64,000 bases of DNA from Candidatus Omnitrophota bacterium (GCA_029560465.1 JAKQKX010000045.1:216260-280259), one strand, 5' to 3'. Counted from the stretch's first letter, positions 20,193-30,304 are shown. Notes: generated from the sequence alone by a model not told the origin. Numbers and translations: made by a program.

Positions 20193-20333
20193 AAACCCCA
20201 GAGCAAGCTCTGGACTCAATTAACCACAGCAAGCTGCGGGGTATGAAACTGGCATCCTTCGCTTGGCTCTCTCGCTCAGGATCAATTCGCATTTCTGGTT
20301 TACACTCCCTTTTTGGTCGTGTAAATTAAATGC
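20193..20333. repeat. cluster of four short palindromes (REP/MITE-like)
   Basis: CCAGAGCAAGCTCTGG, CCACAGCAAGCTGCGG, ATCCTTCGCT..TCGCTCAGGAT and GCATTT..TTTACAC..GTGTAAA..AAATGC in the 189-bp lpxA-lpxI gap. Confidence 0.6.
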
Positions 20334-20365
20334 TCATTGAATAAACGGATTGAACAGGCCCGTGC

Positions 20366-21157
20366 CTAACTGCAAAGCCCGCGTTTGGTTGTCTTGACGA
20401 AAAAGATTAGGTGTTCTAATTCCGGGGAGGCCGGGAGCTCTTTCTCAATGCATTCAATCGCGTGGGTCTTTGTCAGCCCGGAATGAAACAGATATTTAAA
20501 AGCCTTTTTTAAGACCGGCACCACGGCCGTGGAAATGTTCGCCCGCCGCAGCCCCACGAGGTTCAGGCTAAACACCCGAGCTGGATGGCCGTCACACATA
20601 GAAAAAGGCGGAATATCCTGAACGACCTTGGAGCACCCGCCGATGATAGCAAGACGCCCCAAGCGGACAAACTGGTGAACCGCGCTTAGCCCACCCACCA
20701 TAACGTTATCTTCCAGGGTCACATGCCCGGCCAGGGTTCCGGCGTTGGCCATCACGCAATTATTGCCTATTATGCAGTCATGCGCCACGTGGGAGTAAGC
20801 CATAAAAAGGTTGTTATTCCCGATGACCGTCTTCCCTCCCCCTTCAATCGTGCCGGGATTAATGGTCACGTACTCCCGGATGACATTCCCCTGGCCCAAG
20901 ACGAGATACACCTCATCGGTCTCCTTGAATTTTTTATCCTGAGGCGGGTTCCCCACCACCGCTCCGGAATAAATCCGGCAACGCGGCCCGATGGTTGTCC
21001 GGCCGGCCAGGATACAATGCGATTCTATCACCGAACCCTCGCCCACAGACACCTGCGGGCCGATAACCGCGTACGGCCCGACAGAAACATCGTCCCCGAT
21101 GTTGGCATCAGGATGGATGACCGCCGTTTTATGTATTTTTGTATGGTCCATTGTCAT
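20366..21157 (-). CDS. lpxA: UDP-N-acetylglucosamine acyltransferase
   Basis: Hexapeptide repeats, PPQDKKF, MAYSHVAHDC, HQFVRLG. Confidence 0.96.
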   Translation of the reverse strand: MTMDHTKIHKTAVIHPDANIGDDVSVGPYAVIGPQVSVGEGSVIESHCILAGRTTIGPRCRIYSGAVVGNPPQDKKFKETDEVYLVLGQGNVIREYVTINPGTIEGGGKTVIGNNNLFMAYSHVAHDCIIGNNCVMANAGTLAGHVTLEDNVMVGGLSAVHQFVRLGRLAIIGGCSKVVQDIPPFSMCDGHPARVFSLNLVGLRRANISTAVVPVLKKAFKYLFHSGLTKTHAIECIEKELPASPELEHLIFFVKTTKRGLCS

Positions 21158-21174
21158 ATATACCTGTTATAAAT

Positions 21175-22536
21175 TTAAAAAGCCCCTTCATTTAGAAACT
21201 TGGCGTCCAGGAAAGAAAAAACCATCTCCGCTTCCGCGGCTACTTCGCTGCCGACCTTCGAAATCCCCTTCAACACCGCCGTGCGGGAACGATCCCGGAT
21301 CACCTCCACTTCCATCCGCAACTGGTCCCCGGGATTAACGAGCTTACGGAATTTGACCTTATCCGTAGCCATAAACAGCGCCACCTTCCCGCTGTGCGCC
21401 TTATTCGTCATCATCAAAATCCCGCCCACCTGAGCCATGGCTTCGATCATCAACACGCCGGGCATCAAAGGCCTGGTCGGGAAATGCCCAGAGAAAAAAT
21501 TGTCGTTAATCGTCACATTTTTTAACCCAACCGCCCTCTTTCCTGTTTCCAGTTCGATAATACGATCCACCAACAGGAAAGGATACCGGTGCGGCAGGAT
21601 ATTCATGATCGCCCGGATGTCCAGCTCGGCCGTGGCATCCGCCGCATAAAGCGAAAGGTCTGCCGGAGGCGACGCCAACCGTCCATACTGCCGGTGGATT
21701 TTCTTCAGCAGCTCTATATTCAGTGTGTGCCCGCTGCGCATGGCAAAAACATGGCCTTTAATCGGCTTCCCAAGCAAATACAAATCGCCGATCAAGTCCA
21801 GCACTTTATGCCGGGCAAATTCATCCGGGAATCGCATCGTGTTCTGAATCACGCCCCGCTCTCCCACGACAAGAGTGTTATCGTAATTGGCGCCCTTGCC
21901 CAGCCCGCTCGCCTGCAATTCGGAAGCTTCTTCCTCAAGGCAAAACGTCCGTGACGGCGCGATATCCCTTTCAAACGTTTCCGGGTTAACAACACTGCTG
22001 AAAAACTGAGCCTTCAATAACGGATGATCATAATTCAACGCATAAGACACTTTCATTTCATCAGCCGGAACAATCAGGATGGAGGCGGCCTTGTTGTAAA
22101 CACTCACCGGCTCCCGGATCTCGATATAGTCCCGCGGGGCCTCCTGCTCCAGGACGCCAACCGCCCGGATCTCTTCCAGGAAACTTTTCCCGCTCCCGTC
22201 AAGCCCGGGGAGTTCGTTATTGTCGATCTCGATCATCAAATTATCAATCCCGTAACCGAACAGCGTGGCCATAAAATGCTCGACAGTATGGATAACAACA
22301 TCATTTTCCCGCAAAGACGTGCACCGCGGGACGGTGTTGTCAATCGAAACATTCTCCAGGGCCGGGGCCAAGGCCGGCTGCCCCGGCAGGTCCACGCGTT
22401 TGAACATGATGCCGGCACGAGCTTCCGCCGGCTTGAGGCACACCGTAACCGGATTCCCGGTATGAAGTCCCCTCCCTTTAAGAATGATCTCTTTCTTGAT
22501 GGTCTTTTGTTTAGGCATCATCTTGGAATCTTTCAT
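21175..22536 (-). CDS. lpxC: bifunctional LpxC deacetylase / FabZ dehydratase
   Basis: GLHTG, TVEH and RHKVLDLIGD (LpxC); LPHRYPFLLVD and GHFP..MPGVLMIEAMAQ (FabZ). Confidence 0.95.
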   Translation of the reverse strand: MKDSKMMPKQKTIKKEIILKGRGLHTGNPVTVCLKPAEARAGIMFKRVDLPGQPALAPALENVSIDNTVPRCTSLRENDVVIHTVEHFMATLFGYGIDNLMIEIDNNELPGLDGSGKSFLEEIRAVGVLEQEAPRDYIEIREPVSVYNKAASILIVPADEMKVSYALNYDHPLLKAQFFSSVVNPETFERDIAPSRTFCLEEEASELQASGLGKGANYDNTLVVGERGVIQNTMRFPDEFARHKVLDLIGDLYLLGKPIKGHVFAMRSGHTLNIELLKKIHRQYGRLASPPADLSLYAADATAELDIRAIMNILPHRYPFLLVDRIIELETGKRAVGLKNVTINDNFFSGHFPTRPLMPGVLMIEAMAQVGGILMMTNKAHSGKVALFMATDKVKFRKLVNPGDQLRMEVEVIRDRSRTAVLKGISKVGSEVAAEAEMVFSFLDAKFLNEGAF

Positions 22537-23590
22537 TATTTTTAAATTGTTGCGATAACCGATTCAACTGTGTCTGCAAGGCGTCAACCTGTTTTTGGAG
22601 TTCGCTGATTTTTTTAATGTAAACCGGTAAACGCTGGACACACGCATTAATCCTCTTCGCGGTTTGATGGGGCTTGGCCGGATATCCCGAAACCATCGTG
22701 TGGGGAGGGATCGAGCTCACCACGCCGGCTTGCGCGGCCACAACAGCCCCTTCTCCAACCGTCAAATGACCGGCCAAACCAGCCTGCCCCGCCAGGATAA
22801 CCCGGTCCTCAATAATATCGCTTCCGGATATCCCAACCTGGGCGACAATAAGACAATGTTCCCCGATTCGGACATTATGGGCTATCTGAACCAGGTTATC
22901 AATTTTGGTGCCCGCCCCGATCACCGTTTTATCAAACCGGGCCCGGTCAATCGTGACATTGGCCCCGATTTCAACGTCGTCACACACGTCCACAGTTCCG
23001 ACCTGCGGAATTTTTTCATGACGGCCGTCAATATTGACAAATCCAAATCCGTCAGACCCGATCACGGTCCCGCAATGAACAATCACGCGGTTCCCGATCG
23101 TGACCCGCTCCCGGACGGACACGTTCGGGTAAAACAGGCTGTCCTGCCCGACGGACACGCGGTAGCCGATAAAGCAATGGCTCCCGATAATTGTCCGGTC
23201 CCCGATACGCGCCTCCCGTTCAATAACGGTATAAGGCCCGACACTGATATCTTTTCCTAATACGGCACCCGGCCCGATGATCGCCGTAGGATGGATGCCG
23301 GGGGCAGGCGGAGGCGGCTCCTCCATAAAAAGCGGCACAACCTTGGCAAAAGACAACGAAGGGTTCCCCGTCTGAATAAGAGTTTGGCCTTCCGCGGTAA
23401 AATCTTCCGGGCAGATGATCGCCGAAGCCTTTGTCTTTTCTACAAGAGGGAAATATTTAGAATTCGCGACAAACGTAATGTCTCCGGGCTGCGCTTCCTT
23501 AATTCCCGAAAGGCTTTTAATCTCAACATTGCCGTCCCCCACCACTTTACCGTGTATGTGCTTTGCTATTTCTTTGACTGTTCTGCTCAT
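22511..23590 (-). CDS. lpxD: UDP-3-O-acylglucosamine N-acyltransferase
   Basis: GSDGFGF, KIPQVG, KIDNLVQIAHN. Confidence 0.96.
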   Translation of the reverse strand: MSRTVKEIAKHIHGKVVGDGNVEIKSLSGIKEAQPGDITFVANSKYFPLVEKTKASAIICPEDFTAEGQTLIQTGNPSLSFAKVVPLFMEEPPPPAPGIHPTAIIGPGAVLGKDISVGPYTVIEREARIGDRTIIGSHCFIGYRVSVGQDSLFYPNVSVRERVTIGNRVIVHCGTVIGSDGFGFVNIDGRHEKIPQVGTVDVCDDVEIGANVTIDRARFDKTVIGAGTKIDNLVQIAHNVRIGEHCLIVAQVGISGSDIIEDRVILAGQAGLAGHLTVGEGAVVAAQAGVVSSIPPHTMVSGYPAKPHQTAKRINACVQRLPVYIKKISELQKQVDALQTQLNRLSQQFKNNERFQDDA

Positions 23591-23637
23591 GGACTCCCTT
23601 CACACCGCTTTCGTGGACAGCCATCCGACGAAGGACT

Positions 23638-24156
23638 CTACTCCTTCACTTTATAAGCTTCGTTTAAAATGGTGAGGACCTTATCCGTAATGTCCAGCGT
23701 TTCATTCCCGTAAATCAGGACCCGGTCATTCAAAATAAGGTCATATTTTTCCTTTTTAGCGAAATCACTGACTGTTTTCTCAATCTCCAAAAGAATCTCA
23801 CGGATTTTCTCATCCCTCTGTTTAGCCAGATCCGTTCGCTGGGCCTGGTCAAACTCCATCAGGGCCTTTTTCATCGTATCAATCTCCGCCTGCAGGTTCT
23901 CTTTTTCTTCCGCTTTCATCAATGCCAGCTTGCCGGTGGCCTCCTGAATTTTCGTCAGCTTATCTTCCCGCGCCGTTTCATAAGCCTTATGATTTTTCTC
24001 GAGGACAGTATCATATTCTTTCGTCTTCTCGTAACTGTCAAACAGCTTGCTTAAATCAATGAACGCGACTTTTTTCTCGATGACCTGCGCTTGGACCGGC
24101 ATGCTGAACAATAACGCACAGGCTAAAGCGCAAATGACGGACTGAAATTTCTTCAT
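23638..24156 (-). CDS. skp: periplasmic chaperone Skp/OmpH
   Basis: Signal peptide, KVAFID, long coiled coil, YDLIL..DITD; lies between bamA and lpxD. Confidence 0.9.
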   Translation of the reverse strand: MKKFQSVICALACALLFSMPVQAQVIEKKVAFIDLSKLFDSYEKTKEYDTVLEKNHKAYETAREDKLTKIQEATGKLALMKAEEKENLQAEIDTMKKALMEFDQAQRTDLAKQRDEKIREILLEIEKTVSDFAKKEKYDLILNDRVLIYGNETLDITDKVLTILNEAYKVKE

Positions 24157-24239
24157 TTTTTCCTCCTTTGAATTCCCTGGTTCGTGTCAATTATGACAAC
24201 GGGCAACCAGATGCGAATGGTTAATCCGCGTCGTTATCG

Positions 24240-26615
24240 TTAAAAACCCCTGCTCACGCTAAAATAAAATTTACCCGAACGCTCTTCCTCCCCAGCTTCA
24301 GAATTCAGGGGATAGCCGTAATCTAGGTTGATCGGCCCGACCGGTGTTTTAACCCTTAAGCCCATGCCCGCCCCGGACTTAAACCCTCCGGAAGCGAAAT
24401 CCTTCACCTTGGGCCAAACATTTCCGATATCATAAAAAACCGCCAGCTTCAGGAAATCGACCAAGGGGAACAGGTATTCAATGTTACCGACCAGCATGGT
24501 TTTCCCCCCGATAGGGTCATCGGTGACAGCGTCGATAGGCCCGACCTTGCGCTCATTATATCCGCGGATGGTGCGGGAGCCTCCCGCGTAAAACCTTTCA
24601 AAGATTGGCACGCCCCCGGAATCACCGTACGACTCGACCATTCCCGCGCGGAGCCGCCACTCGACCACCGAATTAAATTTTAAAGGGGTATAATAACTCG
24701 CCCGGCTCGTGAAACGGTAAAAATCCTTGGTTCCCCCCAAGATCCCGCCGGCCACATCCGCGGCCTGGCTGAGGTAAAGCCCCCGGGTCGGGCTAAACAC
24801 ATTGTCCCGTTTATCTCTGGCCACAACGACGCCAATGCTGCTAACGGTATTCTCGCCCTCTTCCTTGAGGAGATCGCTGGAAACGCCGTCAGCGAAATTG
24901 TCAATGGTGATCTTTTCCCTCTTATAACTGATGTTCCCGGACGTGTATTCCGTAAACTGCTTGCCAAACCGGACATCCCCCCCGACCCGCTTCTCGTCGA
25001 AAGCGTACCCCACGTCGCTCTCCCGGTCGCGTTCCGTCCGATAAACGTCAAATCCCGCAGAGATAGGGTGATCAAACAGCCAGGGTTCTGTAAAACTGAG
25101 CTGGGTGTTGTTGCGCGTGGACCCGGTTTCCGCCCTTAAAGAGAGGTTTTGTCCTCCGCCGGTGAATGTCGGCCAGTTCGTGAAATCAAAATTCTTCTGC
25201 TCCAGTTCGACGAAGCCGATAAACTGATCCACCGTGCTATAGCCGCCCCCGAAACTTAAAGACCCCGTTTTAGCCTCCTTCACCTGGACGAGAAGATCCT
25301 TCTGGTCCGGCACGGGGGTGTCCGTGATGTCGTAATTAACCTCTTCAAAATACCCCAAATTCGTTAACCGCTGCTTGCTGCGGCGGAGTTTCGCCCCGTC
25401 GAATCTTTCGCCAGGCAAAAGGCGGAGTTCCCGGCGGATGACAATATCCCTGGTCCGCTCATTCCCTTCGATCTTGATTTCATTGACGTACGCCAGGGAC
25501 CCCTCCGTCACATCCATCCGGATCGCGACTTTTCCAGAAACCGGGTTTAGAGACGAGGACTCCTTCACGTTGGCAAAAATGTACCCCTCATCAAAATATT
25601 TAACCCGGATATCAGACAAATCATTCGACAAGCGCTCCCGGCTGAAGATGCCACCGTCGTGAATCTCTGTCATCGCCGCCAGGAGTTCTTCATCCGTAAA
25701 CAGCGTATTCCCGGTAAAAATAATGTCTTCAACAAAATACTGCTTCCCCTCCTCGACATTAATCCTCACCGCCACCCGGGAGTCATCAATCTTGACAAGA
25801 TCAAAACGGGAGGTCGCGTCAATATACCCTTCTTTTTCATAAAAGGCCTTGATGCGCTCCAGATCCTCTTCCAAAACGTCCTCTTTTAAATACCCGGAAT
25901 TAAAAAGCCAGGCCCGGCGGGACTTAATGATCTTAAGGATCCTTTTATCGGGGACATAATAATTGCCTTGCACCAGTATATTCTTAACCTTCACCCGCGA
26001 TCCTTCCTTGATAATCATATGCAAGGTGGCCTTGTTCGTCATGTCATCCAGTTTGGTCTCCGTGCTGACCTCGACCTGTGTCAGGCCTTTCTTTATATAT
26101 AATTCTTCAATCGTACGGATGTCATCATTCAGGGTTTTGCGGTCCAAAAACTCGCCTTTCTGGGTACGCATTTTCTTTAACAGGGCCTTAGGCCGGATAT
26201 ATTTCAACCGCGAGAAAGTAATCTTGTCAATGATCGGCTTCTCCTGGACGGAAAAGGTCACTTTAAATCCGCCCTGATATTCCTCGCGGTCTACGCTCAC
26301 ATCGGAAAAATAACCGGTGTTATACAGCCGTTTCAGGTCATCGCTGATAACGTGCTGGCTATACTCCTGATCCACCCGGGATTTAATTTTAAACAAAATC
26401 GCCGAGGTTGTGATTGTTTTGTTCCCCTTGACCTCAATTCCCTTAATAAGTTTCTTGTCACTCTGGAAAAAAGATGACGGGGCCGGGGCAAGGGTGGACT
26501 CCGGGGATTCCTTCAAAACCTCAACAGTTTCATCGGCAAAGGATTGCGTTCCGGGGATGTAACTAGGGCATAAAAGGAAGATAAATAAAAGTACTACTAA
26601 ATATATTCTATACAT
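24240..26615 (-). CDS. bamA: outer membrane protein assembly factor BamA
   Basis: POTRA repeats, GN.RTRD.VIRRE, IRGYNER motif, C-terminal Phe; start moved to MYRIYL. Confidence 0.96.
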   Translation of the reverse strand: MYRIYLVVLLFIFLLCPSYIPGTQSFADETVEVLKESPESTLAPAPSSFFQSDKKLIKGIEVKGNKTITTSAILFKIKSRVDQEYSQHVISDDLKRLYNTGYFSDVSVDREEYQGGFKVTFSVQEKPIIDKITFSRLKYIRPKALLKKMRTQKGEFLDRKTLNDDIRTIEELYIKKGLTQVEVSTETKLDDMTNKATLHMIIKEGSRVKVKNILVQGNYYVPDKRILKIIKSRRAWLFNSGYLKEDVLEEDLERIKAFYEKEGYIDATSRFDLVKIDDSRVAVRINVEEGKQYFVEDIIFTGNTLFTDEELLAAMTEIHDGGIFSRERLSNDLSDIRVKYFDEGYIFANVKESSSLNPVSGKVAIRMDVTEGSLAYVNEIKIEGNERTRDIVIRRELRLLPGERFDGAKLRRSKQRLTNLGYFEEVNYDITDTPVPDQKDLLVQVKEAKTGSLSFGGGYSTVDQFIGFVELEQKNFDFTNWPTFTGGGQNLSLRAETGSTRNNTQLSFTEPWLFDHPISAGFDVYRTERDRESDVGYAFDEKRVGGDVRFGKQFTEYTSGNISYKREKITIDNFADGVSSDLLKEEGENTVSSIGVVVARDKRDNVFSPTRGLYLSQAADVAGGILGGTKDFYRFTSRASYYTPLKFNSVVEWRLRAGMVESYGDSGGVPIFERFYAGGSRTIRGYNERKVGPIDAVTDDPIGGKTMLVGNIEYLFPLVDFLKLAVFYDIGNVWPKVKDFASGGFKSGAGMGLRVKTPVGPINLDYGYPLNSEAGEEERSGKFYFSVSRGF

Positions 26616-26647
26616 GCACTTGATTATAGGAGCTAAGCTGGGGCATG

Positions 26648-27979
26648 TCAATCAACATATGCAAGATTTTCGAACCTCATGTATTCTTTTATAAAAGAAA
26701 GCTTGATCGTGCCGACCGGCCCGTTTCGTTGTTTGGCAATAATAATTTCAGCCACCCCTTTATTCTCCTCTGTCGGGTTATAATATTCTTCTCGCATCAA
26801 GAGGCACACCAGGTCGGCATCCTGCTCAATAGCTCCGGATTCCCGCAGGTCAGACAACTGGGGCCGGTGGTCCTGGCGGCTCTCCACGGCCCTGGATAGC
26901 TGGCTCAGGGCGATAATCGGCACCCCCAGCTCCCTGGCCAAGGCCTTAATAGAACGGGAGATCTCTGAAATTTCCTGCTGGCGGCTCTCCGTTTTAACAA
27001 CCCCCCGCATAAGCTGGAGATAGTCCACAATGATCAGCTGAATATCATGATGGGACTTCAGCCTCCGCGCTTTGGCCCGCAGCTCCAGCGCGGAGATGGC
27101 CGGCGTGTCATCAATAAAAATTTTTGATGCCGAAAGCTTGCCGGCTGCCGATGTCAATTTCGGCCAGTCGGAAGGCGAGAGGAACCCAGAACGGACTTTG
27201 TGTGCATCCACCCTGGCCAAAGAACAAAGCATCCTTTGCACGAGCTGTTCTTTTGACATTTCCAGGCTGAAGAACGCCACCCCCTTTTTCTGCTCAACAC
27301 CAACAACCTCCATAATCGTCGCGGCAAAAGCGCTTTTCCCCATAGACGGGCGTCCGGCCACCACAATCAGGTCCGCCGGCTGCAACCCCGATGTCATGCG
27401 GTCAAACTCCACAAACCCGGCCGGCAATCCCGTAACATGCTCTTTACGCTGATAAAGGCTATCAATTTTTTCAATGCTCGCCTTCACGAGTTCTTTGATA
27501 TGGACGGACTGCTGCCGGTGCTTAAGGTCGGAAATCTCGAAAACCAGCCGCTCAGCCGTGTCTACGATTTCCGCGACATTCCCCTTGGCCTCATAACTTA
27601 TATTCACGATCTGCGTCGCGTTCTTGATCAGCTTGCGCAGGATCCCCTTTTCTTTAACAATCTGCGCGTAATGCTCAATATGGGCGGCCGTTGGGACAAG
27701 ATCAATCAGCATCGAAAGGTACGGGATTCCGCCCACGACGTCAATGGTCCCGTCGTTTTTCAACTTATCGGACAGCGTCACAAGATCAACATTCTTGCGG
27801 TTATTATAGAGGTCAAGGATGGCAGAATAAATCTGGCTATGGGAATTCTCGTAAAACCAGGACACATCAAGAATTTCCAAAGCGGTCCCGATCGCTTCGT
27901 CATCGATCATCATCGCGCCCAAAACCGAGCGCTCCGCCTCAATATTCTGAGGGGGGATCATTATTTCTTGGCTACCCAT
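26648..27979 (-). CDS. dnaB: replicative DNA helicase (no intein)
   Basis: PPQNIEAE, GRPSMGKS, IVDYLQL, LSDLRESGAIEQDAD, KQRNGP. Confidence 0.97.
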   Translation of the reverse strand: MGSQEIMIPPQNIEAERSVLGAMMIDDEAIGTALEILDVSWFYENSHSQIYSAILDLYNNRKNVDLVTLSDKLKNDGTIDVVGGIPYLSMLIDLVPTAAHIEHYAQIVKEKGILRKLIKNATQIVNISYEAKGNVAEIVDTAERLVFEISDLKHRQQSVHIKELVKASIEKIDSLYQRKEHVTGLPAGFVEFDRMTSGLQPADLIVVAGRPSMGKSAFAATIMEVVGVEQKKGVAFFSLEMSKEQLVQRMLCSLARVDAHKVRSGFLSPSDWPKLTSAAGKLSASKIFIDDTPAISALELRAKARRLKSHHDIQLIIVDYLQLMRGVVKTESRQQEISEISRSIKALARELGVPIIALSQLSRAVESRQDHRPQLSDLRESGAIEQDADLVCLLMREEYYNPTEENKGVAEIIIAKQRNGPVGTIKLSFIKEYMRFENLAYVD

Positions 27980-28404
27980 ACGCGTATCTTCGCGATCACC
28001 TGCGGGTGCAATTTCACGCCGACTTCAAAAATACCAAGATCTTCAATAGGGCTGTCGATAAGAACAGTTTTTTTGTCGATATTAAACCCTTCGACTTCCA
28101 AGGCGCGGACAATATCCACTTCCGTGACCGAACCATAAAGCTTGTCCAGGTCATTGACCTCCACGGTCACGGTGCAGGACACTTTACCAAGTTTCTCCGC
28201 CATGTCCTGGGCTTCCCGCAGGGCACGCTCATTTTCAGCGACCTCTTTCGCGCGTTGTTTCTCTATTCTTTTCAAATTCCCGGGAGTGGCCACATACGCC
28301 TTCTTTTGCGGGATCAAAAAATTACGGGCATAACCGTCCTTGACTTTAACGACATCCCCGACCTGCCCGAGCTTATGCACATTTTGACATAAAATAACTT
28401 CCAT
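27961..28404 (-). CDS. rplI: 50S ribosomal protein bL9
   Basis: LGQVGDVVKVKDGYARNFLIP, KLYGSVT. Confidence 0.97.
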   Translation of the reverse strand: MEVILCQNVHKLGQVGDVVKVKDGYARNFLIPQKKAYVATPGNLKRIEKQRAKEVAENERALREAQDMAEKLGKVSCTVTVEVNDLDKLYGSVTEVDIVRALEVEGFNIDKKTVLIDSPIEDLGIFEVGVKLHPQVIAKIRVWVAKK

Positions 28405-28469
28405 AGATCATCCCTCTCTTCGTTTTGACTGACTCAACCTGCCTGCCCCCTTACCCCCGGTGAATCATC

Positions 28470-28724
28470 TCATCGTTTTTTTGAACTGCCGACCGAAAGC
28501 AACCCCAGATACCGGGCCCGCTTGATCGAAGTGGTCAAATCACGCTGTTCTTTCCCGGTAATTCCTGTGATGCGCCTCGACAGCAATTTGCCTCTGTCGG
28601 TCAAGAATCTCTGCAACAACGGTATATTCTTGTAATCAATCTTAATGTCCTTCGGCAGGACATATTTAGACGTCCTCTTCTTGACAACCCTCTTAGGTCC
28701 CATCCTCATCATTCTTCGCTTCAA
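28470..28724 (-). CDS. rpsR: 30S ribosomal protein bS18 (no Cys)
   Basis: [28 protein letters not shown]; TTG start behind GGAGG. Confidence 0.95.
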   Translation of the reverse strand: MKRRMMRMGPKRVVKKRTSKYVLPKDIKIDYKNIPLLQRFLTDRGKLLSRRITGITGKEQRDLTTSIKRARYLGLLSVGSSKKR

Positions 28725-28823
28725 TTTTAACCTCCCTTAATAACCTGCTGTTTTCTTTCTTCATCCCCATCACACGCGCCAGCCACGATCAAACCTGGCC
28801 GCGCCCCCCCATCGGCCCAATGC

Positions 28824-29282
28824 CTATTCGTCCCAAGCGACATCTTCCGGGCTGATAACCTCATCAAAGGACGCTGTGGCCGAAGCCGCGAGCCCCTGAA
28901 CTCCACGATCCGATTCCACTAGCCCCTCCCCTTCGACCTTGTTCTCCGGGGAAAATTTCCCTAAAAACTGCACCCGTTCGGCCCTAACGTCAATCGTGCT
29001 GCGCTTTTGCCCGTCGGTTGTTTCCCATGAACGTGACTGCAAAACACCTTCCACAAAAATAGGGCTGCCTTTCTGCAAATACTGACAGCAGGCCTCCGCC
29101 TGCTTATCCCAGACAGTGACGGTTAAGAAACAAACATCTTCTTTCAGTTCTCCTGATTTATCACGGAAACGACGATTCACGGCGACACCCAAGTTGGCCA
29201 CGGCGACGCCTGCAGGGGTATACCTTAATTCCGGATCTCGAGTTAAATTCCCGATTAAGAAGACCTTGTTCAAATTCGCCAT
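28824..29282 (-). CDS. ssb: single-stranded DNA-binding protein
   Basis: LNKVFLIGNLTRDPELRYTP OB fold; rpsF-ssb-rpsR order. Confidence 0.96.
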   Translation of the reverse strand: MANLNKVFLIGNLTRDPELRYTPAGVAVANLGVAVNRRFRDKSGELKEDVCFLTVTVWDKQAEACCQYLQKGSPIFVEGVLQSRSWETTDGQKRSTIDVRAERVQFLGKFSPENKVEGEGLVESDRGVQGLAASATASFDEVISPEDVAWDE

Positions 29283-29359
29283 TTCTCCCTCCTCAACAAT
29301 AAAGTTTTACGTTAAGCTTTTGTAATAATTAATTTGACCCCGGCCCCTTGCCCCTGGCG

Positions 29360-29644
29360 TTAAATCTTAACAATCAGAAAACGCAAAAGATTCTCGTTAA
29401 TCCTTAAGATCTGCCGCAGATTGGTGATCGCAGATTTCGGGCTTTCAAAATTAATCAGGTAATATGTCCCCTCGGGGCGCTTCTTCATCCGGAAAAAAAA
29501 TTTTTGTTTGTCCAGCCATACCTGGCTGTTGATGACCTGTCCCCCGCATTTCACGATCGTATCGCAGACCTCTTTGTTAATCCGCTCTTTCTCTTCCTGC
29601 ACGAGAGTCGCGTCAACAATCCCCACCAATTCGTATTTATCCAT
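29360..29644 (-). CDS. rpsF: 30S ribosomal protein bS6
   Basis: KYEL..I, GTYYLINF, LRINENLLRFLIVK. Confidence 0.93.
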   Translation of the reverse strand: MDKYELVGIVDATLVQEEKERINKEVCDTIVKCGGQVINSQVWLDKQKFFFRMKKRPEGTYYLINFESPKSAITNLRQILRINENLLRFLIVKI

Positions 29645-30224
29645 TTTCCTTCCTTTTGTTAAATTGACTCATAACCTTCCCTATATCTTCCCTCAACCAC
29701 AATCGACAACATTCGGCCCCTTGATCAACAAAAGCGCCCAGTTGCTCCTGTTCCTTTTTTTCAAATCCGGCCAAAACATAATCCACCGGGTCCTGGCCCG
29801 CCGGCGGAGCGCCCACTCCCATCCTTAACCGGGCGAAAACGTCGGATTTCAGGAGATTGATAACCGACGCCAGGCCGTTATGGCCCCCATCGCTCCCCTG
29901 CGCACGCACCCGGCATTGTCCGAAAGGCAGGGTAAAATCATCGCACACCACGAAAACACCGTCCAAAGGAATCTTATGATACGCGGCCAGGTCACGGACA
30001 GCGATTCCCGAGTGATTCATATATGTCAAAGGTAACAGCAAAAAACACGTGCGTTCCTCAATCGGGCCTTCCGCGACCAACCCACGGCACACACGGCTGA
30101 CTTTTAAACGCATCCCGTGCCCCCGGGCCAAGGCGTCAATCACCATAAACCCGAGATTATGCCTGGTCCGGGCATAAGGCAAGCCAGGGTTTCCCAACCC
30201 CACAATAAGACACTTATCCGTCAA
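29637..30224 (-). CDS. pth: peptidyl-tRNA hydrolase
   Basis: IVGLGNPG, TRHNLGF, TYMNHSG, GGHNGL. Confidence 0.96.
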   Translation of the reverse strand: MTDKCLIVGLGNPGLPYARTRHNLGFMVIDALARGHGMRLKVSRVCRGLVAEGPIEERTCFLLLPLTYMNHSGIAVRDLAAYHKIPLDGVFVVCDDFTLPFGQCRVRAQGSDGGHNGLASVINLLKSDVFARLRMGVGAPPAGQDPVDYVLAGFEKKEQEQLGAFVDQGAECCRLWLREDIGKVMSQFNKRKENG

Positions 30225-30304
30225 TCCTCACACCCGCGATCAAGCCCGGCACTCCTCTTAAGGTGCGGGCTCCTTGTTGGCAGGACATCCTTTACCCCCA
30301 ACAA

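Noticed and set aside
20193-20244. Two similar GCAAGC hairpins as a mini-CRISPR
   Set aside because: Only two imperfect 16-bp units 10 bp apart and no cas genes
21175-22536. LpxC-FabZ fusion as a novelty
   Set aside because: Already well known in Bacteroidota, Chlorobi and some PVC bacteria
26648-27979. Intein in DnaB
   Set aside because: The 443-aa length is normal and the motifs are contiguous
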